DNA of 64,000 nt from Escherichia coli (GCF_013122565.1 NZ_CP053258.1); one strand, 5' to 3'. Counted from the stretch's first letter, positions 46,501 to 55,202 are shown. Translations and numbers: made by a program. The notes: generated by a model not told the origin, from the sequence alone.

Positions 46501-46845
46501 TAACAAGGATTTTTTGTCTTCCAGAATCGTTCGCCACGCAGTGAGTTGATGACGAAATGGCACTGGCGCTTTGCTCAATGCATCAACCAGCGGGCTGGAG
46601 ATCAGCTTGTCCCGCAAATCCTCCATTGTTTCATCCGCAGGCATCCAGCCGAATGTACTTTCGAATACCGGGTCTGCAAGCAGTGACCCCTCCTGACCGG
46701 GAGGCTGAAAATATTGTGATTCCAGATAATGAGTCAACGACTTGCTCCGCAATGCCAACTGACTTACCACCGACCTCACCGCACGCTGATGAAGCTGATT
46801 TAGAAGTGGCGCATAATGCAGTTGCTGAACGTCCATCAATGACAT
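40522..46845 (-). CDS. druE: Druantia DruE: giant helicase with Zn-ribbon/DUF1998-like region
   Basis: 2107 aa; Walker A GTGSGKTECF, DEAH motif VLDEAH, helicase C region QRAGRAGRRGE, CxxC clusters; paralogous to the 2113-aa protein at 26180..32521. Confidence 0.8.
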   Translation of the reverse strand: MSLMDVQQLHYAPLLNQLHQRAVRSVVSQLALRSKSLTHYLESQYFQPPGQEGSLLADPVFESTFGWMPADETMEDLRDKLISSPLVDALSKAPVPFRHQLTAWRTILEDKKSLLVSSGTGSGKTECFMVPVLEDLIRQQKSTRQSLTGTQAIFLYPLNALINSQQERLREWTRGFKGKIRFALYNGETRHTKYEIQEDQLKVPEQALSREAIYEAPPSIMVTNTTMLEYMLIRRKDAPIIEKSQGMLKYIVLDEAHSYIGSQAAELALLLRRVMQAFNVGPGTDKPVQIIATSATIGEDSPEGNKELAKFVADLAGVTERDVKVVRGYRQIPRVSESLIRHEYPTSLTSLKSLSPQDLYQQLCHYRVAQQLRQALTHPGRQAVRLSELLNVARRTWPDINHRELLQLLDLMARSREGELAFTPLRMHGFIRTLAGLWACSNKQCSHKAHELNQSDWPFGQVWFEQRQYCDCGAPVFEVLRCSGCGSAYLSAKEEMRGDGTNWLVAQPAAAEVDEFALDVDVYSEDEDNDELDNNSQFDRLIASDGEKYIISLEETTAGKIDSEAQKHYEINLLRPESRGEGRNNSFACVCCGDTQRKNNPLFRPLRLGAPFFLNEIIPTLLEFSPLPQTREEQLGPFNGRRLLTFTDSRQGTARISARLQQDADKATLRALCYQELANITEPSAKLSPAHCALLEKVISQFSVLPLKNSIDALKKAMAANEELSPADIQALKIIEPMVSSLSPDHAEAMQILQANSGNQQKKTMSWQTLSEQLVGSVDLADRMRGSFKELSGLDLTKQQFADFCLYSEFGRRPKNAWTLESLGLVAIHYPFIDKVTTCPQDWKTLLPDPDKQLAEWRNLLKITLDFFIRENSAVFYENEQYPRWMGARFPVKMLQGPDKKNKGQKRDQLWPQIRDRHYNRVIKLLIAVFPAIQPEQAHWKSLVNHLMIEVWDAIRPCLRQFESGYQLDIKQQAEFYSPKQVWRCPYTRRALDVTLLGYSPYLPGSKEIAPEKAVLIEMPELPVRHWRLSGGGEIAREERLEWLESNALIQHAREEGLWSTRSDRLALKDSWYRLEEHSAQRTPEQNQFNEKQFKSGKVNVLNCSTTMEMGVDIGGMSLVAMNNVPPAPANYLQRAGRAGRRGESASAAITLCKNTAHGMEVFKDPLWAFNTTASAPRVRFGSSSIVQRHVNALVLGLFLRAEVPDATKLSCKWFFEGDESQCLRFLHWLNHQADQLADKLKRLTQGTVLMSLTATQLLTRTQAMMQQVDIRWRSQLAILLENIEALKADNSAWEETPAGKAIAYQLRDYRGAYLFSKLISEAFLPGHGFPVGVVNFNYLTADELEKRRAIKATQADPNEGGESFSRRIEKLPSRDLPTALREYAPGADVVLGGKVYRSSGIMLGKVLASGQELSGDHHIPWFWHCRKCGAGATSTTRPVECSHCKADIQQLDVKRYLQPVGFATDIRYQAHNDVSMPAQLPWKDPRVLVPSSVWVSLPDAGLGRYRFSHSGELFHFSEGEFGHGYAICLSCGRAESQTQPQRTPENLKNPERENTHYLLRGGSNDRQGSNKLCHGHVHKDLWLGYSSRTDMVELQLNDDNGLLIRDEVAARSLAVALREGLAHKLGIENTELGVTTQQARDINGYTGYSIFIYDNNAGGAGYAVQLIDHWADVFNYARKLLDCSCDKFCHHCLLSYDSQHYVNRLDRHHALTLLTNVRLQRLNLAPEYQYFGDGSRVETNPLSLRIAQCLNSEIYDSCSLVLAGPQEQWDFAQWPLFKELLQFASSGGNVELLVATPLENLTDSSRHQLSALAAMPGGRLQVKSIATAQLMQGKGRWLAQVTREGQSQQWAADDSATVAPGELWGQSASSPVVTLKGTSGKTFSGQTLSAEDLLPALPTGAVRINLCEQLDGPLEGFGSRFWSLVTQQHAGWKQAFTRHKEITHVEYSDRYLNSPFTARLLGEILTELVEQGMAERASLTVCVKKLDYNSRQHDALYNAWLNEEDRQQVVTTLLEEGYLGPAWPGAISWLTGDNQSTEHGRELTVTFSDGSQHYVLLDMGLSYWRCIEDTLFDFALRVPQQVERLANTRSRAVAPGNDLRSYVIAG

Positions 46846-49800
46846 ACTCCTGCTTGTTCAAAATAATATTGATAGATTACCCCTAATTGCTGTGGGGCTT
46901 GCTGATAGTGAAATTCAAAAAGCGCAGACAGTTGATGTATCAGGTTATTATCTTTTTGGGTTAACAGCGCTGCGACTAACATCAAATTAAAACGTTTTTC
47001 AAGCCGTGAGTGATATTTATCTTCAATCCAAAGCTTATTAAAAACAGATTTTAACTCTGGAGTAATAGCACTGGACCAAAGTTCTTTAGGGAAGATACTG
47101 ATACGCCCAAAGCTGTCGGGGTTCCTTAATAGCATCTGTTTAGCTTCATTAAACTGCTCACGACTAACAGTTGGCAATACATCACAACCGGTTGGTAGGC
47201 TCTCACTATATGTAAGTAACATATTCGCAATGGGAGCCAGCCGACGATCGATATGTGCACGATGGTTCATAAAAGCAATAAAGGGTCGCAATATATGTAA
47301 TGCTAATGTTTTATCGTTAATCTGTTTTTCCAGATAAGTCCAACATTTTTGGAAAACATCTTTCCAGATTGAAACGGGAATCCATCCCCATGAAAAGGGT
47401 AATTCTTCCTGTATATCATAAATCGTATCGCTATCACCAGAAAGACATGATGATATTAACAATTGAACAACCACGCGGTAATTACTCGAAATACATCTGA
47501 ACAAGTCCAGATCCAGCAAGGATAAGCCATTATTCATTTTGTATTTCTTAATATACTCTGTTAATAAACAGCAATAATTTTGCAATGGGTTGTTATCTAT
47601 TTCAAAAATTAGCTCATTAAAATTTTTTTTGCGCTGTTCTGGGTCTGCTTCGCATAGAGCATTTAGTAATAAATCATTTGTCTGTAATACAGGTAGCATC
47701 CATTTAATTACTGGTGCAATGCGAGCTGTACCATCCAGTTTTCCCACAATTAACCATGGACTATCCTGAACATTCAGAGCTGAAAGATCATAAGCAAACT
47801 CATCTTTTTTTAACAATGATATGTGTAAGCCAGGATTCTTAAGAGAAATAGCATCAACAACCAGTTCGTCTATTCTATTTGCAGGAAAAACAACAGAATT
47901 TTTTATATCAACCAGTAACCCTTGATCGTGTTCAATAAAACTACCATCGTAGCGTTTAATATTGAGTGTTGCTTTATCCTTTCCAAATCTGTCAGAGTAA
48001 AAATCAACACATAATGTACTATTGCTGTTCCATGCACATGCCAGCATAGCATTTAGCAAATTATAGTTCTCATAAAGTGAAATTTGTTGTAATTTGTCAT
48101 TGCGTCCTGATAAAAGAGGAAGGTCGGCATGTAAATAACGGAATTTTTCAGCTACTGGATTTTCATCGAATAACTCGATATTAAGATATCCTCTTCCAGC
48201 ACATGATATGGTTAATAACTCAGCATCTATTCCATGCAAATGTGCTATAGATGCCACACCATCAAAATGAACAGAACCATCATTAGTTACAAATCGGCCA
48301 CCGCTAACCGGCTTAGGTAATAATAGTTTAAGATTAGAACCATCTTTCCAGGAGACCCGTAAATCAACGGTATTTTCCAGCATCTGCGATGAATTATAAT
48401 AAATAGCACACTCGTTTTGTGAATAATCGGACTTAAGTGTTACTTTTTCATTGTTTGAATATTTATCAATTCTAGTATCCGTTATACCAGAAAGTATAAT
48501 AATGCCTTGCTGAGCACTCTCAGGTATAATATTAATATCGAAGTCTGCTGGTAAAACTACAACTTTACCGCTAAATAAAACCTCATCATTAACTATTCGC
48601 CGGACTTCTATCTGTCCTTTTGGCATTTCTGATGCGACAGAATACCAGGCATTGTTACCTGAACGAATGGAACGCCAAAAAAGTTCTTTCTCCGGTACAA
48701 TGCCATATTGTAGATCCTTTTTCCAACCGATCTTCGGCCAGGCTCGATGGACAGGATAATCCGATTTAACCAGTTCAACTTCTGTCGATTTAATATAATA
48801 TTCAATTGCAGAATCATAAAGTTGCTGGGTGCGAATTGTACAAACAGCACCATCATGTAAAACAACGCTAAATACTCCACTTATTTTAGTTAAGCTGCGT
48901 TCACTGTTTTTCAGCAACCTTGGGATATCAAACTCACCTTCTCCACTAATATCTAAATGGCTATTTTTCGGTAGCGAAATAAACAGAGCATTTAGCCTGG
49001 AACTCACAGACCCCATACCAACAAGTTTTAGCTGCGATTCACTCTCATTCATCGCTTCAAAAACCCAGGGAAGTTCTTCAGTAAGTTCATAACCGCCTTT
49101 TGGAATTGTGTGACCTAACAGAATTGGACCTTCATGAAGCGACAATGAGATTTCGGCCATTGCATCTGCACCAGAGAGTTTTTGCATCGCAATAGGTAAT
49201 AACTCGACCCGCCAATCTTGCTGCTCATAACGGCTTAGCATTGCCAACCTTGCCCCGCCATTTTTCCATTTTCCTGAAATGATGAGTCGGGTCTGCTCCG
49301 GCTGAATATGGCATTCAAACAAAGAGGTTAACTGTTCTGTACGCATTGTGGCCGGGAATCGGAACCGGGCATCGCAATACCAACTGTCATCAACATCGAC
49401 CCAGATTCTTTCAACCTGAAGACTACTTGCACTGCGTATTTCAGAAGATTGAGAAAGTAATCGCCTTACAATCTCTGCAGCATTCGCTTCGGGGAGAACG
49501 AGTGGAAGTTGAAGATGCCAGTCTGGAGAGAGCTTACGTAATGCAGAAACGGGATCACTGCTTTGAGGAGGATGCTCACTAAGTAATCGGCAGAGAGTCT
49601 CGCAGAATTCACCGGCTATTTCATAGACCAGTTCGTTTTGCATTGTGACAGGAATCGTATCGCCTAATTCTTGTGCAATTTTAGCGGCAGGATATTGAGA
49701 TGATTGCCCACGAAGCGCCTGATATATCCTTCTGAAATAGGTAATCAAATAACCGCTCTCATTTTCAATCATGCGGATAGGTAAACCACCTTCACAAGCC

Positions 49801-50195
49801 AGTGTATGCAGATAACCCGAAGCTTGCCCCAGGTTTCTTATCTTTCTTTTCCAGTAGCGAATGCCATCATTAACCAGCTTCTGTCGATGAACATACGGAA
49901 CTTTCCAGTTAATAGAATCTAAAATTGTGTCCCATTTAGGGTGTCCGACCGTATGAGTTCGGCGGATAAACTCTGCGGCATATATGCTAAATAGAACATC
50001 GCTATAGGAAATGAATATCGTTCTTGGATAACTACGGGGGGCATATGTACGCAGTAGTTCTGCCAAACTTTCGTACTCTGTATCAGTACAACGGTAAGCA
50101 TATAACGCCCGTCCATCAGCTCCGGATAATGAACGGCGACTAAAAAACATGTTAAGCCATTGCAAAAGTGGGTTAACTGGAGTTTTCACAAGCAA
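46836..50195 (-). CDS. druH: Druantia type III DruH-like protein (no recognisable catalytic motif)
   Basis: 1119-aa AT-rich ORF immediately upstream of druE with 10-nt overlap; TTG start preceded by AAGGAAGG; assignment is by size and position. Confidence 0.6.
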   Translation of the reverse strand: MLVKTPVNPLLQWLNMFFSRRSLSGADGRALYAYRCTDTEYESLAELLRTYAPRSYPRTIFISYSDVLFSIYAAEFIRRTHTVGHPKWDTILDSINWKVPYVHRQKLVNDGIRYWKRKIRNLGQASGYLHTLACEGGLPIRMIENESGYLITYFRRIYQALRGQSSQYPAAKIAQELGDTIPVTMQNELVYEIAGEFCETLCRLLSEHPPQSSDPVSALRKLSPDWHLQLPLVLPEANAAEIVRRLLSQSSEIRSASSLQVERIWVDVDDSWYCDARFRFPATMRTEQLTSLFECHIQPEQTRLIISGKWKNGGARLAMLSRYEQQDWRVELLPIAMQKLSGADAMAEISLSLHEGPILLGHTIPKGGYELTEELPWVFEAMNESESQLKLVGMGSVSSRLNALFISLPKNSHLDISGEGEFDIPRLLKNSERSLTKISGVFSVVLHDGAVCTIRTQQLYDSAIEYYIKSTEVELVKSDYPVHRAWPKIGWKKDLQYGIVPEKELFWRSIRSGNNAWYSVASEMPKGQIEVRRIVNDEVLFSGKVVVLPADFDINIIPESAQQGIIILSGITDTRIDKYSNNEKVTLKSDYSQNECAIYYNSSQMLENTVDLRVSWKDGSNLKLLLPKPVSGGRFVTNDGSVHFDGVASIAHLHGIDAELLTISCAGRGYLNIELFDENPVAEKFRYLHADLPLLSGRNDKLQQISLYENYNLLNAMLACAWNSNSTLCVDFYSDRFGKDKATLNIKRYDGSFIEHDQGLLVDIKNSVVFPANRIDELVVDAISLKNPGLHISLLKKDEFAYDLSALNVQDSPWLIVGKLDGTARIAPVIKWMLPVLQTNDLLLNALCEADPEQRKKNFNELIFEIDNNPLQNYCCLLTEYIKKYKMNNGLSLLDLDLFRCISSNYRVVVQLLISSCLSGDSDTIYDIQEELPFSWGWIPVSIWKDVFQKCWTYLEKQINDKTLALHILRPFIAFMNHRAHIDRRLAPIANMLLTYSESLPTGCDVLPTVSREQFNEAKQMLLRNPDSFGRISIFPKELWSSAITPELKSVFNKLWIEDKYHSRLEKRFNLMLVAALLTQKDNNLIHQLSALFEFHYQQAPQQLGVIYQYYFEQAGVCH

Positions 50196-50406
50196 CCTGC
50201 CTTCCTTTGATACAATTCGTAACAGGTTACTATCATCATAAAAAAGCTCAACCCGATGAACTCGCTAAAAATGAGACAAATCATTTATATCTCGAAAAAA
50301 CTTGTTACAATCATGAGCGCTACACCGAACTTAACCATATAAATTATGTGTGTTTTGTTTATTTTTTAAACGATTACAACTATCCATTATTTACACAGGT
50401 ATCAAA

Positions 50407-52059
50407 ATGTTAGCGCAGCTTTTTGAGCAGTTGTTTCAATCGATAGACTCTACACTGATCACCAATATTTTCATCTGGGCTGTTATATTCGTATTTTTAT
50501 CAGCGTGGTGGTGTGACAAAAAAAATATACATAGTAAGTTTAGAGAATATGCTCCAACCTTAATGGGGGCATTAGGTATTCTGGGTACTTTCATTGGTAT
50601 TATTATTGGTTTACTCAATTTTAATACCGAAAGTATTGATACCAGCATCCCCGTATTATTAGGTGGCCTAAAAACAGCATTCATTACAAGCATTGTAGGT
50701 ATGTTTTTTGCCATTTTATTTAATGGAATGGATGCTTTCTTTTTTGCCAATAAACGAAGTGCGTTAGCAGAAAATAACCCTGAATCTGTTACACCTGAAC
50801 ATATCTATCATGAATTAAAAGAGCAGAACCAGACTCTGACTAAATTAGTCTCGGGTGTTAACGGTGATAGTGAAGGTTCTCTTATTGCTCAAATAAAATT
50901 ACTACGTACTGAGATTAGCGATTCTTCGCAGGCACAATTAGCTAATCACACTCATTTCAGTAATAAGCTTTGGGAACAACTTGAACAATTTGCAGATCTA
51001 ATGGCAAAAGGTGCTACAGAACAAATTATTGATGCTTTGCGACAAGTTATTATTGATTTTAATGAAAATTTAACTGAACAGTTTGGTGAAAACTTTAAAG
51101 CACTTGATGCCTCTGTAAAAAAACTTGTTGAGTGGCAGGGAAATTATAAAACGCAAGTTGAGCAGATGTCAGAACAGTATCAACAAAGTGTCGAGTCCCT
51201 GGTTGAAACAAAAACTGCGGTTGCAGGGATTTGGGAAGAATGTAAAGAAATTCCTCTGGCTATGTCTGAACTGCGTGAAGTGCTTCAGGTGAACCAACAT
51301 CAAATCAGCGAACTCTCCCGCCATTTAGAAACCTTTGTCGCCATCCGCGATAAAGCAACAACCGTATTACCTGAAATACAGAACAAAATGGCTGAAGTGG
51401 GTGAACTGCTGAAATCCGGAGCTGCAAATGTTAGTGCATCTCTTGAGCAAACCAGCCAGCAAATACTTCTTAATGCAGATTCAATGCGCGTGGCCCTGGA
51501 TGAAGGTACCGAAGGATTCAGACAATCGGTTACCCAAACACAACAAGCATTTGCCTCGATGGCACATGATGTCAGCAATTCCTCCGAAACCCTAACCAGC
51601 ACGTTAGGTGAAACAATTACTGAAATGAAACAAAGTGGTGAAGAATTCCTGAAATCACTAGAGTCGCACTCGAAAGAATTGCATAGAAATATGGAACAAA
51701 ATACTACGAATGTGATTGATATGTTCAGTAAGACTGGTGAAAAGATTAACCATCAACTATCCAGTAATGCCGATAATATGTTTGATTCAATCCAGACATC
51801 ATTTGATAAGGCAAGTGCAGGGTTGACTTCTCAAGTCAGAGAATCAATTGAAAAATTTGCTCTATCCATCAACGAGCAGTTACATGCTTTTGAGCAAGCA
51901 ACTGAACGTGAAATGAACCGTGAAATGCAATCATTAGGTAATGCTCTGCTTTCAATCAGCAAAGGTTTTGTCGGTAACTATGAAAAACTTATTAAAGATT
52001 ACCAAATAGTTATGGGGCAGTTACAAGCATTAATTTCTGCTAATAAACATCGCGGGTAA
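50407..52059 (+). CDS. zorA: Zorya ZorA: MotA/ExbB/TolQ-like channel with long coiled-coil tail
   Basis: ORF 50350..52059; preferred start ATG at 50407 (MLAQLFEQ); N-terminal TM helices, then about 400 aa of E/Q/L-rich predicted coiled coil. Confidence 0.8.
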   Translation: MLAQLFEQLFQSIDSTLITNIFIWAVIFVFLSAWWCDKKNIHSKFREYAPTLMGALGILGTFIGIIIGLLNFNTESIDTSIPVLLGGLKTAFITSIVGMFFAILFNGMDAFFFANKRSALAENNPESVTPEHIYHELKEQNQTLTKLVSGVNGDSEGSLIAQIKLLRTEISDSSQAQLANHTHFSNKLWEQLEQFADLMAKGATEQIIDALRQVIIDFNENLTEQFGENFKALDASVKKLVEWQGNYKTQVEQMSEQYQQSVESLVETKTAVAGIWEECKEIPLAMSELREVLQVNQHQISELSRHLETFVAIRDKATTVLPEIQNKMAEVGELLKSGAANVSASLEQTSQQILLNADSMRVALDEGTEGFRQSVTQTQQAFASMAHDVSNSSETLTSTLGETITEMKQSGEEFLKSLESHSKELHRNMEQNTTNVIDMFSKTGEKINHQLSSNADNMFDSIQTSFDKASAGLTSQVRESIEKFALSINEQLHAFEQATEREMNREMQSLGNALLSISKGFVGNYEKLIKDYQIVMGQLQALISANKHRG

Positions 52060-52065
52060 TCGATC

Positions 52066-52773
52066 ATGGATAAGATTATAGGGAAACAATTACCTAAAAA
52101 AGATCAAGATAATGAACATTGGGTATCCATGTCAGACCTAATGGCAGGGCTGATGATGGTTTTTATGTTCATATCTATTGCTTATATGCACTACGTACGT
52201 ATTGAAAAAGAAAAAATTAAAGAAGTTGCCGTAGCCTACGAGAATGCTCAGTTACAGCTTTATAATGCTCTGGATATTGAGTTTGCAAAGGATTTACAAG
52301 ACTGGGATGCAGAGATCGATAAACAGACTCTGGAGGTTCGATTTAAATCACCGGATGTTTTATTTGGCTTAGGAAGCACAGAGCTAAAACCAAAGTTTAA
52401 ACTCATTCTTGACGACTTTTTTCCTCGCTACCTAAAAGTTCTAGATAATTATCAGGAACATATTACTGAAGTCCGCATTGAAGGTCACACAAGTACTGAC
52501 TGGACAGGAACAACGAATCCTGATATTGCTTATTTTAATAATATGGCACTATCACAAGGTCGTACACGTGCAGTATTACAATACGTTTATGACATAAAAA
52601 ATATCGCGACACACCAACAATGGGTTAAAAGTAAATTTGCCGCAGTAGGTTATTCATCTGCACATCCCATTCTTGATAAAACCGGCAAGGAGGATCCTAA
52701 TCGCTCTCGTCGTGTCACCTTCAAAGTTGTAACAAATGCCGAGTTGCAGATTAGAAAGATTATTCAGGAGTAA
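52066..52773 (+). CDS. zorB: Zorya ZorB: MotB/OmpA-like peptidoglycan-binding partner
   Basis: 235 aa; single N-terminal TM (LMAGLMMVFMFISIAYM), C-terminal OmpA-like domain (NMALSQGRTRAVLQYV); starts 6 nt after zorA. Confidence 0.8.
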   Translation: MDKIIGKQLPKKDQDNEHWVSMSDLMAGLMMVFMFISIAYMHYVRIEKEKIKEVAVAYENAQLQLYNALDIEFAKDLQDWDAEIDKQTLEVRFKSPDVLFGLGSTELKPKFKLILDDFFPRYLKVLDNYQEHITEVRIEGHTSTDWTGTTNPDIAYFNNMALSQGRTRAVLQYVYDIKNIATHQQWVKSKFAAVGYSSAHPILDKTGKEDPNRSRRVTFKVVTNAELQIRKIIQE

Positions 52774-52776
52774 GAG

Positions 52777-53880
52777 ATGAAATTATCTATCGACATTTCA
52801 GAACTTATTCAATTAGGGAAGAAAATGTTACCAGAAGGAGTCGATTTTTTTCTGGATGAATCCCCTATTGACTTTGATCCTATAGATATTGAGTTATCAA
52901 CGGGTAAAGAAGTTAGTATCGAAGATCTTGACCCTGGTAGCGGGCTTATCTCTTATCATGGCCGCCAGGTTCTTTTATATATTCGGGACCATTCAGGGCG
53001 TTATGATGCGGCTATCGTAGATGGCGAAAAAGGAAAACGTTTTCATATTGCCTGGTGCAGAACTCTTGATGAAATGCGCCATAAAAATCGATTTGAAAGG
53101 TATCATGCAACTAACCGCATAGATGGTTTATTCGAAATTGATGATGGTTCAGGTCGGAGCCAGGATGTTGATTTACGGGTATGTATGAATTGCCTCGAAC
53201 GGCTTAATTATAAAGGAAGTATTGATAAACAAAGAAAAAGAGAGATTTTTAAATCATTCTCATTAAATGAGTTTTTTTCAGATTATAGTACCTGTTTTCG
53301 TCATATGCCTAAGGGTATCTATGACAAAACAAATAGTGGGTATGTCGAAAACTGGAAGGAAATATCTAAAGAAATACGAGAAAAGGCAAATTATGTTTGT
53401 AATGATTGTGGCGTGAATTTATCAACCGCCAAAAACTTGTGCCATGTCCATCATAAAAATGGCATCAAATATGATAATCACCATGAAAACCTTCTTGTTC
53501 TGTGCAAGGATTGCCATCGAAAACAGCCCCTCCACGAAGGTATATTCGTTACCCAAGCAGAGATGGCTATCATTCAACGTTTACGTTCCCAACAAGGGTT
53601 ATTAAAAGCAGAATCCTGGAATGAAATATATGACCTGACTGATCCATCAGTGCATGGTGATATTAATATGATGCAACATAAAGGCTTTCAACCTCCTGTT
53701 CCTGGGTTAGATCTTCAAAACTCAGAACATGAAATTATTGCAACCGTAGAAGCTGCATGGCCAGGCCTTAAAATTGCAGTTAACCTTACTCCCGCCGAAG
53801 TCGAAGGATGGAGAATATATACCGTGGGTGAGCTGGTTAAAGAAATACAAACCGGAGCCTTTACGCCAGCAAAATTGTAA
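52777..53880 (+). CDS. zorE: Zorya type II ZorE: HNH endonuclease domain protein
   Basis: 367 aa; HNH-type Cys/His motif CNDCGVNLSTAKNLCHVHHKNG...NHHENLLVLCKDCH; 3 nt after zorB. Confidence 0.8.
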   Translation: MKLSIDISELIQLGKKMLPEGVDFFLDESPIDFDPIDIELSTGKEVSIEDLDPGSGLISYHGRQVLLYIRDHSGRYDAAIVDGEKGKRFHIAWCRTLDEMRHKNRFERYHATNRIDGLFEIDDGSGRSQDVDLRVCMNCLERLNYKGSIDKQRKREIFKSFSLNEFFSDYSTCFRHMPKGIYDKTNSGYVENWKEISKEIREKANYVCNDCGVNLSTAKNLCHVHHKNGIKYDNHHENLLVLCKDCHRKQPLHEGIFVTQAEMAIIQRLRSQQGLLKAESWNEIYDLTDPSVHGDINMMQHKGFQPPVPGLDLQNSEHEIIATVEAAWPGLKIAVNLTPAEVEGWRIYTVGELVKEIQTGAFTPAKL

Positions 53881-53891
53881 ATTCTAAAACT

Positions 53892-53915
53892 CCGTGAAAG
53901 TTAAGACTTTCACGG
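53892..53915 (+). terminator. stem-loop after zorE
   Basis: ccgtgaaagt / actttcacgg 10-bp inverted repeat with 4-nt loop, 11 nt after the stop; following tract is A-rich not U-rich. Confidence 0.4.
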
Positions 53916-54090
53916 AAGATAAATAAAATTATTCTGATTTGTGACTCAAATTACAAAAGTAGTTAATGGCATAACTTGTCTTGTTTTTATGGTATAACAG
54001 GTATAAAGGTATATGCTATGGTTCGCCTCATACTTAAAACTTCCCTCATACGGGTGAAGGTTAAAGCTTGGTAGACAGGAGACAGTCACA

Positions 54091-55197
54091 ATGAATAAAG
54101 CAATAACGGCGCTTGCTATCATGATGGCTTCATTTGCCGCAAACGCGTCTGTATTACCGGAAACTCCTGTGCCATTTAAAAGTGGTACCGGAGCAATTGA
54201 TAACGATACTGTCTACATTGGTTTAGGTAGCGCAGGTACGGCATGGTACAAGCTGGATACACAGGCCAAAGATAAAAAATGGACAGCGTTAGCTGCATTC
54301 CCTGGTGGACCAAGAGATCAAGCAACCTCGGCATTTATTGATGGCAATCTTTATGTGTTTGGCGGCATTGGCAAAAACAGCGAGGGCTTGACTCAGGTAT
54401 TTAATGACGTACACAAATACAACCCCAAAACCAATAGCTGGGTTAAATTGATGTCGCACGCACCGATGGGCATGGCGGGTCATGTGACTTTTGTACACAA
54501 CGGCAAGGCTTATGTTACTGGCGGTGTTAACCAGAATATCTTCAATGGCTATTTTGAAGATCTCAACGAGGCTGGAAAAGATTCAACCGCTATAGATAAA
54601 ATCAACGCCCACTATTTTGACAAAAAAGCAGAAGATTATTTCTTCAATAAGTTTCTGTTGTCTTTTGATCCCTCAACACAGCAATGGAGTTACGCTGGCG
54701 AATCTCCCTGGTACGGAACGGCTGGTGCGGCGGTTGTGAATAAAGGTGATAAAACCTGGCTTATTAATGGCGAAGCCAAACCAGGATTGCGAACGGATGC
54801 CGTATTTGAACTTGATTTCACCGGTAATAATTTAAAATGGAATAAGCTTGATCCCGTCTCATCACCAGATGGCGTCGCTGGCGGTTTTGCGGGGATAAGC
54901 AATGATTCTCTTATATTTTCCGGAGGGGCCGGATTCAAAGGTTCACGAGAAAATTACCAGCACGGAAAGAACTATGCGCATGAAGGCCTGAAAAAATCAT
55001 ATAGCACTGATATTCATCTTTGGCATAACGGGAAATGGGATAAATCGGGTGAATTATCGCAAGGTCGGGCCTACGGAGTATCATTGCCCTGGAATAATAG
55101 TTTATTAATTATTGGCGGTGAAACTGCAGGCGGCAAAGCAGTGACTGATTCAATTTTGATCTCTGTGAAGGATAATAAAGTCACAGTACAAAACTAA
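54091..55197 (+). CDS. nanM: N-acetylneuraminate epimerase/mutarotase (Kelch-repeat periplasmic protein)
   Basis: 368 aa; signal peptide; Kelch-like repeats; matches NanM/YjhT. Confidence 0.9.
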   Translation: MNKAITALAIMMASFAANASVLPETPVPFKSGTGAIDNDTVYIGLGSAGTAWYKLDTQAKDKKWTALAAFPGGPRDQATSAFIDGNLYVFGGIGKNSEGLTQVFNDVHKYNPKTNSWVKLMSHAPMGMAGHVTFVHNGKAYVTGGVNQNIFNGYFEDLNEAGKDSTAIDKINAHYFDKKAEDYFFNKFLLSFDPSTQQWSYAGESPWYGTAGAAVVNKGDKTWLINGEAKPGLRTDAVFELDFTGNNLKWNKLDPVSSPDGVAGGFAGISNDSLIFSGGAGFKGSRENYQHGKNYAHEGLKKSYSTDIHLWHNGKWDKSGELSQGRAYGVSLPWNNSLLIIGGETAGGKAVTDSILISVKDNKVTVQN

Positions 55198-55202
55198 CGC
55201 TT

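Larger units (their letters stand above)
24069..53880. other. phage-defence island (DISARM-like + Druantia III + Zorya II) in place of gntP/fim/nanC
   Basis: Nine contiguous genes of defence-system families between uxuA and nanM; no fim or gntP homologs seen in the window. Confidence 0.75.
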
